Source: Altererythrobacter sp. (GTDB lineage: Bacteria > Pseudomonadota > Alphaproteobacteria > Sphingomonadales > Sphingomonadaceae). Taken from it: a stretch of DNA of 64,000 nucleotides. The stretch covers positions 2,399-66,398 of the forward strand of contig JAPSJS010000012.1 of NCBI GenBank assembly GCA_031178065.1, given 5' to 3'. A program made the position numbers and the translations under genes. This document shows positions 37,827-50,565 of this stretch, piece after piece (position 1 is the stretch's first letter; every line of letters begins with the position of its first letter). The notes beneath the pieces are model-generated. The model was given only the letters and a program-made list of their open reading frames with translations. It was not told the origin of the DNA and searched no databases.

Positions 37827-39383
37827 TCACTCGATCCCGCCCATTTCCTCCGCCATTGTCCGAAGATCGGTCTTAAGCAACTTGCCGATGTGGCTGCGGG
37901 GCATCTCGTCGATCGCGTGAAGCGCGGCGAGGCGCTGCGTCTTGCCCAACCGCGCGTTGACCGCGACGAGAATGTCGGCGGTCGAGGTAGCACCGCCTGC
38001 AAGCCGGACGAAGCCGACCGGAGTCTCGCCCCAGCGCCGGCTCTGCACGCCCACCACCGCCGCTTCGGCGACGCCCGGTTCCTTCTCCAGCTCCGCCTCG
38101 AGGTCGGAGGGATAGATGTTGAATCCGCCCGAGATGATCATGTCCTTCGCCCGTCCGACGAGCTCGACAAAACCGTCGGTGTCGATCCGCCCGATGTCGC
38201 CCATGCGCTGCCACACCTCGCCCGTCGCGGGGTCGGTCCAGTAGCCTTCGCGGGTCTTGTCCGGCTGATTCTTGTATCCGCTCATCATCGTCGGGCTCCG
38301 CCCCACGAGATTGCCGGCGGTTCCGGGCGGCACTTCGTTGTCGTCGTCGTCCAGCACCTTGAGCTCGCCGCCCGGAGTCGGACGGCCCACGGTATGGAGC
38401 TTGTCCGGAAACTCGTGGCACGCGAGCATGCACACCACGCCGCCCTCGGTCATCGAATAGATCTCGATCAGTGCGCCGGGCATGCGCTGCAGCACTTCCC
38501 GCTTGAGCGGCGCGGGAAAGGGGGCGGAGGTGCAGTATTTCATCGCCAGCGAAGAGAGATCGAATTCGTCGAAGCGTGGCTCGTCCATCAGCCGCTGATA
38601 TTGCACCGGCACGAGCATCGTTACGGTCGCGCGGTCCGCCTCGGCGCCCTCGAGCCAGCCGAAAGCCGAGAACTTGCCCATGACCCGCACGCTGCCGCCC
38701 GCCAGCAAGGCAGGGAGGAAAGCAACCATCGTCGTATTGGAATAGAGCGGCGTCGAGGCGAGCGAGCGCACTTCGAGCGCGCCCGCGCGATAGGACGCAG
38801 CCATTGCGGCGAACTGCCGCCAGCGCATCTGGTGCGAATGGACGATACCTTTGGGAATACCCGTAGTGCCGCTGGAATAGATGATGTTGAACGGCTCCTC
38901 CGGCCGAGGCTCGACCGGGGCGGCGCGTGTCCCGGGCTCAGCCATCCAGCCATCAAGCTCCTCGTCGAGCACGATCCGTTCGAGGTGCGGCAGGAAGTCA
39001 TCGCCGAGCTCGGTCAGTCGGGCACGGTCGACGAACAGGTGCCGGGCACCGCTGTCGCGGGCCATGCCTTCAAGCTGTTCGCGGCTGGCGCTCGTCGTCA
39101 GCGGCGCGGCGACTCCGCCGGCGCGCACCGCGGCGAGAAAGACCAGCGCATAGGGAATGCTCGACAGCCCGAGAATCGCGACCGACTGGCCGCGCTCCAG
39201 CCCATCGGCCTGGAGACGGGCGGCGATCCGCTCGACCCGGTCGGCCAGTTCGCACCACGTCAGCGTGCCCCGCTCGTCGCGCAGCGCCACTGCCTCGGGC
39301 TGGTGGTCGGCCCAGGCGGCAAGAATGTCGGAGAACGAACCATAAGGTTCGGCGAGCGCGGCGGCGGGATCGGTGATCGGCAT
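37827..39383 (-). CDS. AMP-dependent acyl-CoA synthetase/ligase (class I adenylate-forming)
   Basis: 518 aa. YSSGTTGIPKG AMP-binding motif, GDIG...DGF and IISGGFNIYP. Confidence 0.85.
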   Translation of the reverse strand: MPITDPAAALAEPYGSFSDILAAWADHQPEAVALRDERGTLTWCELADRVERIAARLQADGLERGQSVAILGLSSIPYALVFLAAVRAGGVAAPLTTSASREQLEGMARDSGARHLFVDRARLTELGDDFLPHLERIVLDEELDGWMAEPGTRAAPVEPRPEEPFNIIYSSGTTGIPKGIVHSHQMRWRQFAAMAASYRAGALEVRSLASTPLYSNTTMVAFLPALLAGGSVRVMGKFSAFGWLEGAEADRATVTMLVPVQYQRLMDEPRFDEFDLSSLAMKYCTSAPFPAPLKREVLQRMPGALIEIYSMTEGGVVCMLACHEFPDKLHTVGRPTPGGELKVLDDDDNEVPPGTAGNLVGRSPTMMSGYKNQPDKTREGYWTDPATGEVWQRMGDIGRIDTDGFVELVGRAKDMIISGGFNIYPSDLEAELEKEPGVAEAAVVGVQSRRWGETPVGFVRLAGGATSTADILVAVNARLGKTQRLAALHAIDEMPRSHIGKLLKTDLRTMAEEMGGIE

Positions 39384-39437
39384 ACCCGTCTTTCTATTTG
39401 CACCGGCGAACTTGTCGAGGGGTTCTCGGCAGAGGCG

Positions 39438-40360
39438 TCAGCCGACGTCCTCGCGGCGCAAGGCCTGCGGCGGCGAGAACGACAGGCGCGCGAGGCGCCA
39501 GGCCGAGTCGTCGCCCATCAGCTCGTCCAGCTTCGGCAGATCGTCCGGTGGATGCACGCCTTCGATCGTACCCACGATATAGCGGCCCGATTCGCGGAGC
39601 CGCACGTCGCCCTGAGGCCAGAGCTCCTCGAGCCGGGCCTGCAGGCGCTGCGCCTCGGCGGAGATGCTCGAACTGTCCAGTTCGCGCGGTGCGCCGTCCA
39701 GCAGCTCCGCCGCCGCGATGCCCATGTTCGACAGCCCGTCGCGCAGGATCGAGAAGGCGATGAACAGCGCCGCCGCGCTGTCCGCCCACCAGTAGCCGAA
39801 ATAGATACCGAGAATGCCGACGATGCCGGCGAGGCCGGTCTGCCAGTCGGCCTTCTGCATCAGCGCGTCGGTGTGCAGAACCTTGTCGCGCAGCCTTTCC
39901 GCCACCGGCAGCTTTATCCGCCCGAGAATCATCGGCACGGCAACCGACCAGCCCAGCGCGGCGATCATCAGCCAGCCGAGCCAGACCGTGTGCCCGAAGA
40001 CCTCGACCGGAGCGACCGTGGGATGTTCGGCCATGATCAGGGTCATCGCGCTCTCGTACATCAGGAACCCGCCGACCGCGGTCAGCGCGACCGCGGCGAC
40101 GAGGAACGCGAGGCTGTTCACGCGGACAAAACCGAAAGGGTACTTCCCGGTCGGGTCCTTCGGCTCGAAATGAGCAGCGATGAGGAAAGTGATCGCGGGC
40201 ACGAGGCTCAGCACGTCCTCGATCAGGGCGGAGCGCATCGCCTGGCTGCCCCCCATCGTGGCGAACATCGCCGCGACGACGGTACTCATCCAGAACAGCG
40301 TCTGCCATTCGAGCCGCTTGGCGCGGGCGAAATCCTCGCGGATGGGCGCGGGCAGGCGGT

Positions 40361-40364
<4 letters not shown>
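39438..40364 (-). CDS. Cation diffusion facilitator family transporter
   Basis: 308 aa. Six TM segments plus a cytoplasmic C-terminal domain. CDF-like HxxxD/DxxxD positions. GTG start overlaps the upstream stop (GTGA). Confidence 0.75.
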
Positions 40365-43470
<3,106 letters not shown>

Positions 43471-43476
43471 TCGGTG

Positions 43477-43977
43477 CTATTCCGCGGCCGGCGGCGCGAG
43501 CCGGTAGGTGCGGTCGGGCGTGACGTCGTCGAACGGCACGTTCTCGTTCTGCATGCGGTAGAGCGCGCCATCGGCGACGAGGACGACCGGCTGGCGTACC
43601 ACGCCCTGAAGGCGCAGGCGCTTGCCGTCGGGCAGCCATTCCCAGGTGCCGGTCTGCGTGCGGCCGCCTTCGACCAGCGTGAAGGTGCCATCGTTCCCGA
43701 TCGAGAGACTGTCGGCCGTGCCGTCGGGATTGGGCCGGGTGTAGGCGGTCGCCTGCTGCAGCGCCTGGCGCCCGTCCGCCGCCACGCGCGGCAGCGAAGG
43801 GTCGCGCGGGCCGTCCGGCTGCGGGCGGCCGCGCGTGGTCTGCTCTGCCGTAGCGCCCCCGTCGTTGACGCGCGCGGCGAAGTCCTCCGCGTTCTCGCCC
43901 TTCGGCTGGTCGCCGCAGGCGGCCAGCGCAAGAGGGGCGGCAAGGATGAAGGCCATCGCGGCGTGGCTGCGGTACAT
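43477..43977 (-). CDS. Small lipoprotein, paralog A (lipocalin-like DGT-F/Y-T...W motif)
   Basis: 166 aa. Lipobox LALAACGD. C-terminal DGTFTLVEGGRTQTGTWEW...ALYRM. Confidence 0.6.
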   Translation of the reverse strand: MYRSHAAMAFILAAPLALAACGDQPKGENAEDFAARVNDGGATAEQTTRGRPQPDGPRDPSLPRVAADGRQALQQATAYTRPNPDGTADSLSIGNDGTFTLVEGGRTQTGTWEWLPDGKRLRLQGVVRQPVVLVADGALYRMQNENVPFDDVTPDRTYRLAPPAAE

Positions 43978-44168
43978 TTGCGTCGGCTCCTGTCGATTCG
44001 TGGTGCGAGCCAGTTACGACGCTTAGATGACAGATTTCGGAAAGCCGCCGCATGCATGTGGGATTGCACGATTTCGAGTTGAGTCTCGCGCCCGCGCCCG
44101 GCACGGGAGAGGCGCGCGTCAGGCGGTCTGTCATCTGCCGGACATCCGCTTCAGCCAGGGGCCAAGCC

Positions 44169-45905
44169 ATGAACTTTCGCAACCTCCTCCCTCTCGCGGC
44201 GGCGATCGTGCTCGGCGCCTGCGTCAGCGTGCCCGAGGCGCCCGACACTCCGGCGGAGCCGGTCACGGTCAAGATCGTCGGGCTCAACGACTTCCACGGC
44301 AATCTCGAGCCGCTCCCCCGCCCGATCCGGCTGACCGACGATGCGGGCGCGCAACACGAGGTCGGGGCCGGCGGCGCGGCCTATCTCGCCTCGGCGGTCG
44401 CGAAGTACCGCGCGGGCGGCGACCATTCTCTGGTCATCGCCGCGGGCGACCTGATCGGCGGCAGCCCGCTCGTCTCCTCACTGTTTCTCGACGAGCCGAC
44501 GATCGGCGCGATGAACCGCATCGGGCTCGACTTCAACGCGGTCGGCAACCACGAGTTCGACCGCGGCTGGCGCGAGCTCGCGCGCATGCAGGAAGGCGGC
44601 TGCGAGAAGCACGGACTGCGCGAACCTTGTGCGGTCGAGCCGGACTTCGGCGGCGCCGATTTCGCCTTCCTCGCCGCCAACGTGATCACCGGGGGCGGAG
44701 AACCGCTGTTCCCCGGCTATGCCATTCGCCGCTTCGGCACCGGCGCGCGCGAAGTCGCTATCGGCGTGATCGGCCTGACGCTGGAGGAAACTCCGACCCT
44801 CGTCACGCCGAGCGGCGTGGCGGGCCTCACCTTCGGCGACGAGGCCGAGGCGATCAATGCACTCGTGCCGGAGATCGAGCGGCAGGGCGCCGATGCGATC
44901 GTGGTCGCGATCCATCAGGGGCTCCAGCCGGAGCCCGGCACACCGTTCTCGGGCTGCGGCGCGATCGCCGGGCCGCTGCGCGAGATCCTCGAACGGCTCG
45001 ACCCGCGGGTGGATCTGGTGGTCTCCGGCCATACGCACCGGTCTTACGTCTGCGACTTCGCCACGGTCGACCCTTCGCGCGGGTTCACCGTCAGCAGCGC
45101 AGGCTACGGCGGCACCCTGCTGACCGACATCGCGCTGACCATCGACCCGGTCGCCGGCGAGGTCACCGACCTCACCGCACGCAACGTGGTGGTCCAGAAC
45201 GCACGCATCGAGGGCGTGACCCCCGATCCTTCGTTCGAAGTCTTCCAGCCCGACCCCGAACTCGCCGCATACGTCGCGCGCTATGTACAAGCCGCGCAGG
45301 AGGCGGAGATGCGTCCGGTCGGCCGGATCTCCGGCCCTGCCCCCGATCCCGGCCCCGCAACGGAGGAGACGGCGCTCGGCAATCTGATCGCGGACGCGCA
45401 GCTCTTCGCCACGCGCGACGCGGGTGCGCAGATTGCGCTGATGAACAATTCGGGCGTGCGCGCGCCGATCATGCCCGATGCGGACGGCACGGTGACATTC
45501 GGCGACATCTATGCGGCGCAGCCGTTCGGCAATGCGCTCGTGACCAAGAGCTACACCGGCGCGCAGCTTCTCGCGCTGTTGGAGCAGCAGTTCGACGAGG
45601 ACGGATTCGTCCAGACTTTCTCGGTTTCCGAAGGCTTCGCCTTCTCCTACGACTTGGGCCGTCCGGCGGGGAGCCGCGTGGTCTCGGCCACACTCGAGGG
45701 CAAGCCGATCGATCCGGCCGCGCGCTACCGCGTCACGATGAACAGCTTCCTCGCCGCCGGCGGCGACACGTTCACCGTCTTTGCCGATGGAACCGATGCG
45801 GTGACCGGTCCGACCGATCTCGACGCGATGGAGGAATACCTCGGCGCGGCGGAGATGCGGCACCTGCCCGGAACGGGGCGGGTCACCGACCTCACGCGGA
45901 GCTGA
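44169..45905 (+). CDS. Bifunctional metallophosphatase / 5'-nucleotidase (UshA-like lipoprotein)
   Basis: Lipobox VLGAC. NDFHG, GDLIGGS, GNHEFD and GHTH metallophosphatase motifs, plus a C-terminal 5'-nucleotidase domain. Confidence 0.85.
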   Translation: MNFRNLLPLAAAIVLGACVSVPEAPDTPAEPVTVKIVGLNDFHGNLEPLPRPIRLTDDAGAQHEVGAGGAAYLASAVAKYRAGGDHSLVIAAGDLIGGSPLVSSLFLDEPTIGAMNRIGLDFNAVGNHEFDRGWRELARMQEGGCEKHGLREPCAVEPDFGGADFAFLAANVITGGGEPLFPGYAIRRFGTGAREVAIGVIGLTLEETPTLVTPSGVAGLTFGDEAEAINALVPEIERQGADAIVVAIHQGLQPEPGTPFSGCGAIAGPLREILERLDPRVDLVVSGHTHRSYVCDFATVDPSRGFTVSSAGYGGTLLTDIALTIDPVAGEVTDLTARNVVVQNARIEGVTPDPSFEVFQPDPELAAYVARYVQAAQEAEMRPVGRISGPAPDPGPATEETALGNLIADAQLFATRDAGAQIALMNNSGVRAPIMPDADGTVTFGDIYAAQPFGNALVTKSYTGAQLLALLEQQFDEDGFVQTFSVSEGFAFSYDLGRPAGSRVVSATLEGKPIDPAARYRVTMNSFLAAGGDTFTVFADGTDAVTGPTDLDAMEEYLGAAEMRHLPGTGRVTDLTRS

Positions 45906-45914
45906 GCGGAGAAA

Positions 45915-46547
45915 TCAGGCGATCCGCAGGCCCGCGACCGGCGCGGCGCCGCGCGCCTCGCCCGAAAGGCCGTCGAACAGCGTATCGATGATCGTCGCGA
46001 GCTTGCCGTCCTCCAGCTTGTCCTCGTCCAGGATCATCAGCATCTGCGGCAGGGTGTAGCAGACGATCATCTGGTTGATCAGCGAGAGCGCGCGGTTGAT
46101 CCCGAGGCCGGCAAAATGGCCTTCCTCCTGCGCCTGGGCGATCAGTTCGGCGAGGTAATGATCGGCCAGGTCGATATAGCCGCTCACGTTCTCGAAGTTG
46201 TCCGTCCCTACCTCACAATAGACCGCGAAGGCAGCCGGGTCCTTGCGGAAGCGCGCACGCTGGCGGGCGAAGCGGCGGGCGAAGAACTCGTAGAACTTGC
46301 GGCGGATCGGCAGGTCGGAGGCGACGACTTCCTCCATGATCGCGATGTCGGGCGCGTACCACTTCTCGAGGATCGCATCGAACAGCGCATCTTCCGTGTC
46401 GAAGATCGCGTCGATCCGCGCGCGCGGCATCCGCGCTTCCTTGGCCAATGCGGCGCGCGTGATGTTCTCGCCCGTGCGCTCGATCACGCGCATCGCAAGA
46501 GTGACGAGCCGGGCGCGTTCGCTGTCCACATCGCTGGGCGAAGTCAT
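45915..46547 (-). CDS. TetR/AcrR-family transcriptional regulator
   Basis: 210 aa. N-terminal HTH (ITRAALAKEARMPRARIDAIF). The track ORF's 5' extension was rejected. Confidence 0.8.
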   Translation of the reverse strand: MTSPSDVDSERARLVTLAMRVIERTGENITRAALAKEARMPRARIDAIFDTEDALFDAILEKWYAPDIAIMEEVVASDLPIRRKFYEFFARRFARQRARFRKDPAAFAVYCEVGTDNFENVSGYIDLADHYLAELIAQAQEEGHFAGLGINRALSLINQMIVCYTLPQMLMILDEDKLEDGKLATIIDTLFDGLSGEARGAAPVAGLRIA

Positions 46548-46635
46548 GGTAAAAGTCCGTCCCCTTGATCTTTCGCAATCTAGGGACAGACCTGCGCCGG
46601 TTAAAGCCCGTGCGGCGCGAATTTTACGGGGCCGG

Positions 46636-47139
46636 CTACTCGCCCGGACGGTCCGCTTGATTGCCGTCCGTCGGGGTCGGATCGCTGCGGCGCCAGGTCG
46701 TCTCCTCCGCCCGTTCGCCGGAGAGCGGCGCGCTTTCTTCCGGAAGGCGGTAAAGCACGTCCTCCGCCACGGCGAAGGCATTGGTTTCACCGTTGCGGGT
46801 GATGAGGATGCGGCTGTTGTCCTCACCCCAGGTGAACTCGCCCGCCGTCTCCGTGCCGTCGGGCGCGACCCAGGTATAGGTACCGTCGTCTTCGAGCGTG
46901 ATCCTGTCGACCTCGCCGGTGCGGCCGTGCAGCTCGTACGTCCCCGCATACTCGACCGTGCTGCGCGCATCGAGCGGCACTTCGGGATATTCGACCTCCA
47001 CCTTGGGCAAGGTCACATCGACCGGCGCCTCGACATCATCGGTTTCGACTACGCGGTCGTCGACTTCCGTCGTGTCGCCGCAGGCGGCGAGCGCCAGAGC
47101 GAGGGGGACGGCCAGGGCGAGGCGGGCGGGGGTGTTCAT
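46636..47139 (-). CDS. Small lipoprotein, paralog B
   Basis: 167 aa. Lipobox LALAACGD. DGTYTWVAPDGTETAGEFTW...VLYRL aligns with paralog A. Confidence 0.6.
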   Translation of the reverse strand: MNTPARLALAVPLALALAACGDTTEVDDRVVETDDVEAPVDVTLPKVEVEYPEVPLDARSTVEYAGTYELHGRTGEVDRITLEDDGTYTWVAPDGTETAGEFTWGEDNSRILITRNGETNAFAVAEDVLYRLPEESAPLSGERAEETTWRRSDPTPTDGNQADRPGE

Positions 47140-47225
47140 CGGTTCTCTCCTCCGTAAGCGCTTGCTCGTTTCAATGCGCGAGCCTCGGCAGGGTTTCGAG
47201 AAAGTCCGCCAAGGGAGTTCCAATC

Positions 47226-48833
47226 CTACATCCGGAAGACGCCGAACGCCGGCCGCTCCGCTATCGGGGCCTCGAGCGTCGCGGCGAAAGCGAGGCCAAG
47301 TACGTCGCGGGTCTGGACCGGGTCGATCACGCCATCGTCCCACAGGCGCGCGGTGGCGTAGTAGGGATTGCCCTCATCCTCATACTTCTGCCGGATCGGG
47401 GCCTTGAAGGCTTCGGCCTGCTCTGCGCTCCAGCTATCGGCGTCGCGGTGGACGGTGGCGAGCACGCTCGCGGCCTGCTCCCCGCCCATTACGCTGATCC
47501 GCGCGTTGGGCCAGGTGAACAGGAAGCGCGGCTGGTAGGCCCGCCCGCACATGCCGTAGTTGCCCGCGCCGAAGCTGCCGCCGATCACAACCGTGACTTT
47601 GGGCACGGTGGCGGTAGCAACTGCGGTCACCAGCTTGGCACCGTGCTTGGCGATCCCTTCCGCTTCGTACTTGCCGCCGACCATGAAGCCCGAGATGTTC
47701 TGCAGGAACAGCAACGGAATGCGGCGCTGGCAGGCGAGCTCGATGAAATGCGCGCCCTTCTGCGCGCTTTCCGAGAACAGCACGCCGTTGTTGGCGAGGA
47801 TCGCCACCGGCATGCCCCAGATATGCGCGAAGCCGCAGACGAGCGTGGAGCCGTAGTGCTGCTTGAACTCGTGAAACTCGCTGCCGTCCACGATGCGGGC
47901 GATCACCTCGTGCACGTCATAGGGCGCGCGCACGTCCTCCGGCACGAGGGCGTAGAGATCTTCCGCATCGAACTTCGGCGGACGCGGCTCGCGGAGCTGC
48001 ACGCTCTCGGCGCCCTTCGGGTTCTCGCCGAGATGGCTGACGATGTCGCGCACGATCGTCAGCGCGTGCTCGTCGTTTTCGGCGAGGTGATCGACCACGC
48101 CGGACTTCTTCGCGTGGAGATCGCCGCCGCCAAGATCCTCGGCGCTGATCTCCTCGCCCGTCGCCGCCTTCACCAGCGGCGGGCCGGCGAGGAAAATCGT
48201 GCCCTGTTCGCGCACGATCACTGTCTCGTCGCTCATCGCCGGGACGTAGGCGCCGCCCGCGGTGCACGAGCCCATGACGCAGGCGATCTGCGGGATGCCG
48301 AGCGCGCTCATGTTCGCCTGATTGAAGAAGATGCGGCCGAAGTGGTCGCGGTCGGGGAAGACCTCTGCCTGGTAGGGCAGGTTCGCCCCGCCGCTGTCGA
48401 CCAGATAGATGCACGGCAGACGGTTTTCCTGCGCGATCTCCTGCGCGCGCAGGTGCTTCTTCACGGTCATCGGATAGTAGCTGCCACCCTTCACCGTGGC
48501 GTCGTTCGCGGCGATCATCACCTGCCGGCCGGCGACGCGGCCGATCCCCGCGATGATCGAAGCGCCGTTGACGTCGCCCTCGTACATGCCGCCCGCCGCA
48601 AGCTGGCCGATCTCGAGGAACGGCGAGCCCGGGTCGAGCAGGCGCTCCACCCGCTCGCGCGGCAGCAGCTTGCCGCGGCTGACGTGCCGCTCCCGGTGTT
48701 TCTCCGGCCCACCCAGCGCCGCCTCCGCCACGCGGGCGCGCAGCTCGTCTGCCAGCGCCTTGTTGTGCGCAAAACGGGCCTTCGCCTCCGTGCTTTCGCG
48801 GTCGAGCTTGGTGGTGAGGACGGGTGCGGTCAT
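47226..48833 (-). CDS. mccB: Methylcrotonoyl-CoA carboxylase carboxyltransferase (beta) subunit
   Basis: 535 aa. Carboxyl-transferase domains. N-terminus [21 protein letters not shown]... The track ORF's extension was rejected. Confidence 0.9.
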   Translation of the reverse strand: MTAPVLTTKLDRESTEAKARFAHNKALADELRARVAEAALGGPEKHRERHVSRGKLLPRERVERLLDPGSPFLEIGQLAAGGMYEGDVNGASIIAGIGRVAGRQVMIAANDATVKGGSYYPMTVKKHLRAQEIAQENRLPCIYLVDSGGANLPYQAEVFPDRDHFGRIFFNQANMSALGIPQIACVMGSCTAGGAYVPAMSDETVIVREQGTIFLAGPPLVKAATGEEISAEDLGGGDLHAKKSGVVDHLAENDEHALTIVRDIVSHLGENPKGAESVQLREPRPPKFDAEDLYALVPEDVRAPYDVHEVIARIVDGSEFHEFKQHYGSTLVCGFAHIWGMPVAILANNGVLFSESAQKGAHFIELACQRRIPLLFLQNISGFMVGGKYEAEGIAKHGAKLVTAVATATVPKVTVVIGGSFGAGNYGMCGRAYQPRFLFTWPNARISVMGGEQAASVLATVHRDADSWSAEQAEAFKAPIRQKYEDEGNPYYATARLWDDGVIDPVQTRDVLGLAFAATLEAPIAERPAFGVFRM

Positions 48834-49255
48834 GGCGTATCCGAATGGCGTTGGGACGAGCGCTTCTGGCGTATCGCGAGGTAAAAGACAAAGGCGGCAA
48901 AGGCGCTCTGCAGCGCCAGGCCGGGCAGCAGCTCGGTGTAGCCGGCGACGAATGCCGTCCAGGCGTTCACCAGCACGTCCGACGCCATGATCAGGCACCC
49001 GAGGACCAGCGCCGGGGCAGGGCGCCACCAGATCAGCAGGGCTGCGACCGGGTCCAGGAACAGCAGGCTGGTCCAGTAGAGGTTGAAGCCCAGCGGCATG
49101 AACTCGTAGGGCAGCCAACCGTACGTGAAGACGTCGGCCGCGTGGCTGGCCGCGCCGAGCAGGAAGCCGACGGTCCAGATCAACATCGCGATCTGCGGGA
49201 TCGCCTCACGCGGCGCGCCGGTCCGCTCCTCCTCGGCCTGAGGAGGCTTGCTCAC
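48830..49255 (-). CDS. Hypothetical ~4-TM membrane protein embedded between ivd and mccB
   Basis: 141 aa with strong GC3 bias. The GTG start overlaps the ivd stop (GTGA), and its stop overlaps the mccB ATG (ATGA). An alternative ATG is at 49186. Confidence 0.55.
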   Translation of the reverse strand: MSKPPQAEEERTGAPREAIPQIAMLIWTVGFLLGAASHAADVFTYGWLPYEFMPLGFNLYWTSLLFLDPVAALLIWWRPAPALVLGCLIMASDVLVNAWTAFVAGYTELLPGLALQSAFAAFVFYLAIRQKRSSQRHSDTP

Positions 49256-50418
49256 CCGGCGGCCCCGATGAGTTCGCGGCCGATCAGCATGCGGCGGATC
49301 TCGTTGGTGCCCGCACCGATGTCGAGCAGCTTGGCGTCGCGCAGGTAGCGTTCGACCGGCCAGTCCTTGGTGTAACCCGCACCGCCAAGCGCCTGCACGG
49401 CCTCGCCGGCGACGCGGAAGGCGTTCTCGCTCGCGAGCAGGATCGCGCCGGCCGCGTCGAAGCGCGTGGTCTGGCCGGCGTCGCAGCCCTTGGCCACAGC
49501 GTAGGTGTAGGCGCGGGCCGACTGCAGCGCGACGTACATGTCGGCGACTTTGGCCTGGATGAGCTGGAACGCGCCGATCGGCTTGCCGAACTGCTTGCGC
49601 TCGCGGACGTAGGGGATCGCGCAGTCGAGGCAGGCCTGCATGATGCCGAGTTGGAGCCCGGCGAGCACGACGCGCTCGTAGTCCAGCCCGCTCATCAGCA
49701 CGCCGACGCCGCCGTGCAGCGGGCCCATCACGTTCTCTTCGGGCACCCTGCAGTCGTCGAACACGAGCTCGGCCGTGGGGCTGCCCCGCATACCCATCTT
49801 GTCGATCTTCTGTCCGATCGAGAAACCAGCCATGTCCTTCTCGATGATGAACGCCGTGATCCCGCGGCTGCCCGCCTCGGGCGCGGTCTTGGCATAGACC
49901 ACCAGCGTGTCGGCGTGGGTGGCGTTGGTGATCCAGAACTTGGTGCCGTTGAGCACATAGCCGCCCTCGACCGCATCGGCCTTGAGCTTCATCGAGACCA
50001 CGTCGGAGCCCGCCTGCGCCTCGCTCATCGCCAGCGAACCGACGTGCTCGCCCGAGATTAGCTTCGGAAGATACTTCGCCTTCTGCTCCTCGCTGCCCCA
50101 GCGGCGGATCTGGTTGACGCAGAGGTTCGAGTGCGCGCCGTAGGAGAGGCCGACCGAGGCCGAGGCGCGGCTGACTTCCTCGACCGCTATCACGTGCTCG
50201 AGATAGCCGAGGCCGAGCCCGCCGAACTCCTCCTCCACCGTGATCCCGTGCAGCCCGAGTTCGCCCATTGCGGGCCACAGCTCGCGCGGAAACCAGTCTT
50301 CACGGTCGGCCTTTTCCGCCAGCGGGGCAATCTGCTCGTCGGCAAAGCGGCCTGCGCTCTCGCGGATCATTTCCGCGGTCTCGCCGAGCTGGAAATCGAA
50401 ATCGGGGGTGGCGCGCAT
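49252..50418 (-). CDS. ivd: Isovaleryl-CoA dehydrogenase
   Basis: 388 aa acyl-CoA dehydrogenase. [11 protein letters not shown], and C-terminal [16 protein letters not shown]. Confidence 0.9.
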   Translation of the reverse strand: MRATPDFDFQLGETAEMIRESAGRFADEQIAPLAEKADREDWFPRELWPAMGELGLHGITVEEEFGGLGLGYLEHVIAVEEVSRASASVGLSYGAHSNLCVNQIRRWGSEEQKAKYLPKLISGEHVGSLAMSEAQAGSDVVSMKLKADAVEGGYVLNGTKFWITNATHADTLVVYAKTAPEAGSRGITAFIIEKDMAGFSIGQKIDKMGMRGSPTAELVFDDCRVPEENVMGPLHGGVGVLMSGLDYERVVLAGLQLGIMQACLDCAIPYVRERKQFGKPIGAFQLIQAKVADMYVALQSARAYTYAVAKGCDAGQTTRFDAAGAILLASENAFRVAGEAVQALGGAGYTKDWPVERYLRDAKLLDIGAGTNEIRRMLIGRELIGAAG

Positions 50419-50565
50419 GAGAACTCCTGTCTGCGGTCACGCGCATAGCCGAGCGCGCGAATGGCGGCAAACGCACTTGAGGATCGAAACTCCGCAGATG
50501 TTAAGTGAGATAGTGAAAGTATCTGGGATTCCGGCGATTTTCTATTATCGTGGCGGCGGATCGGA

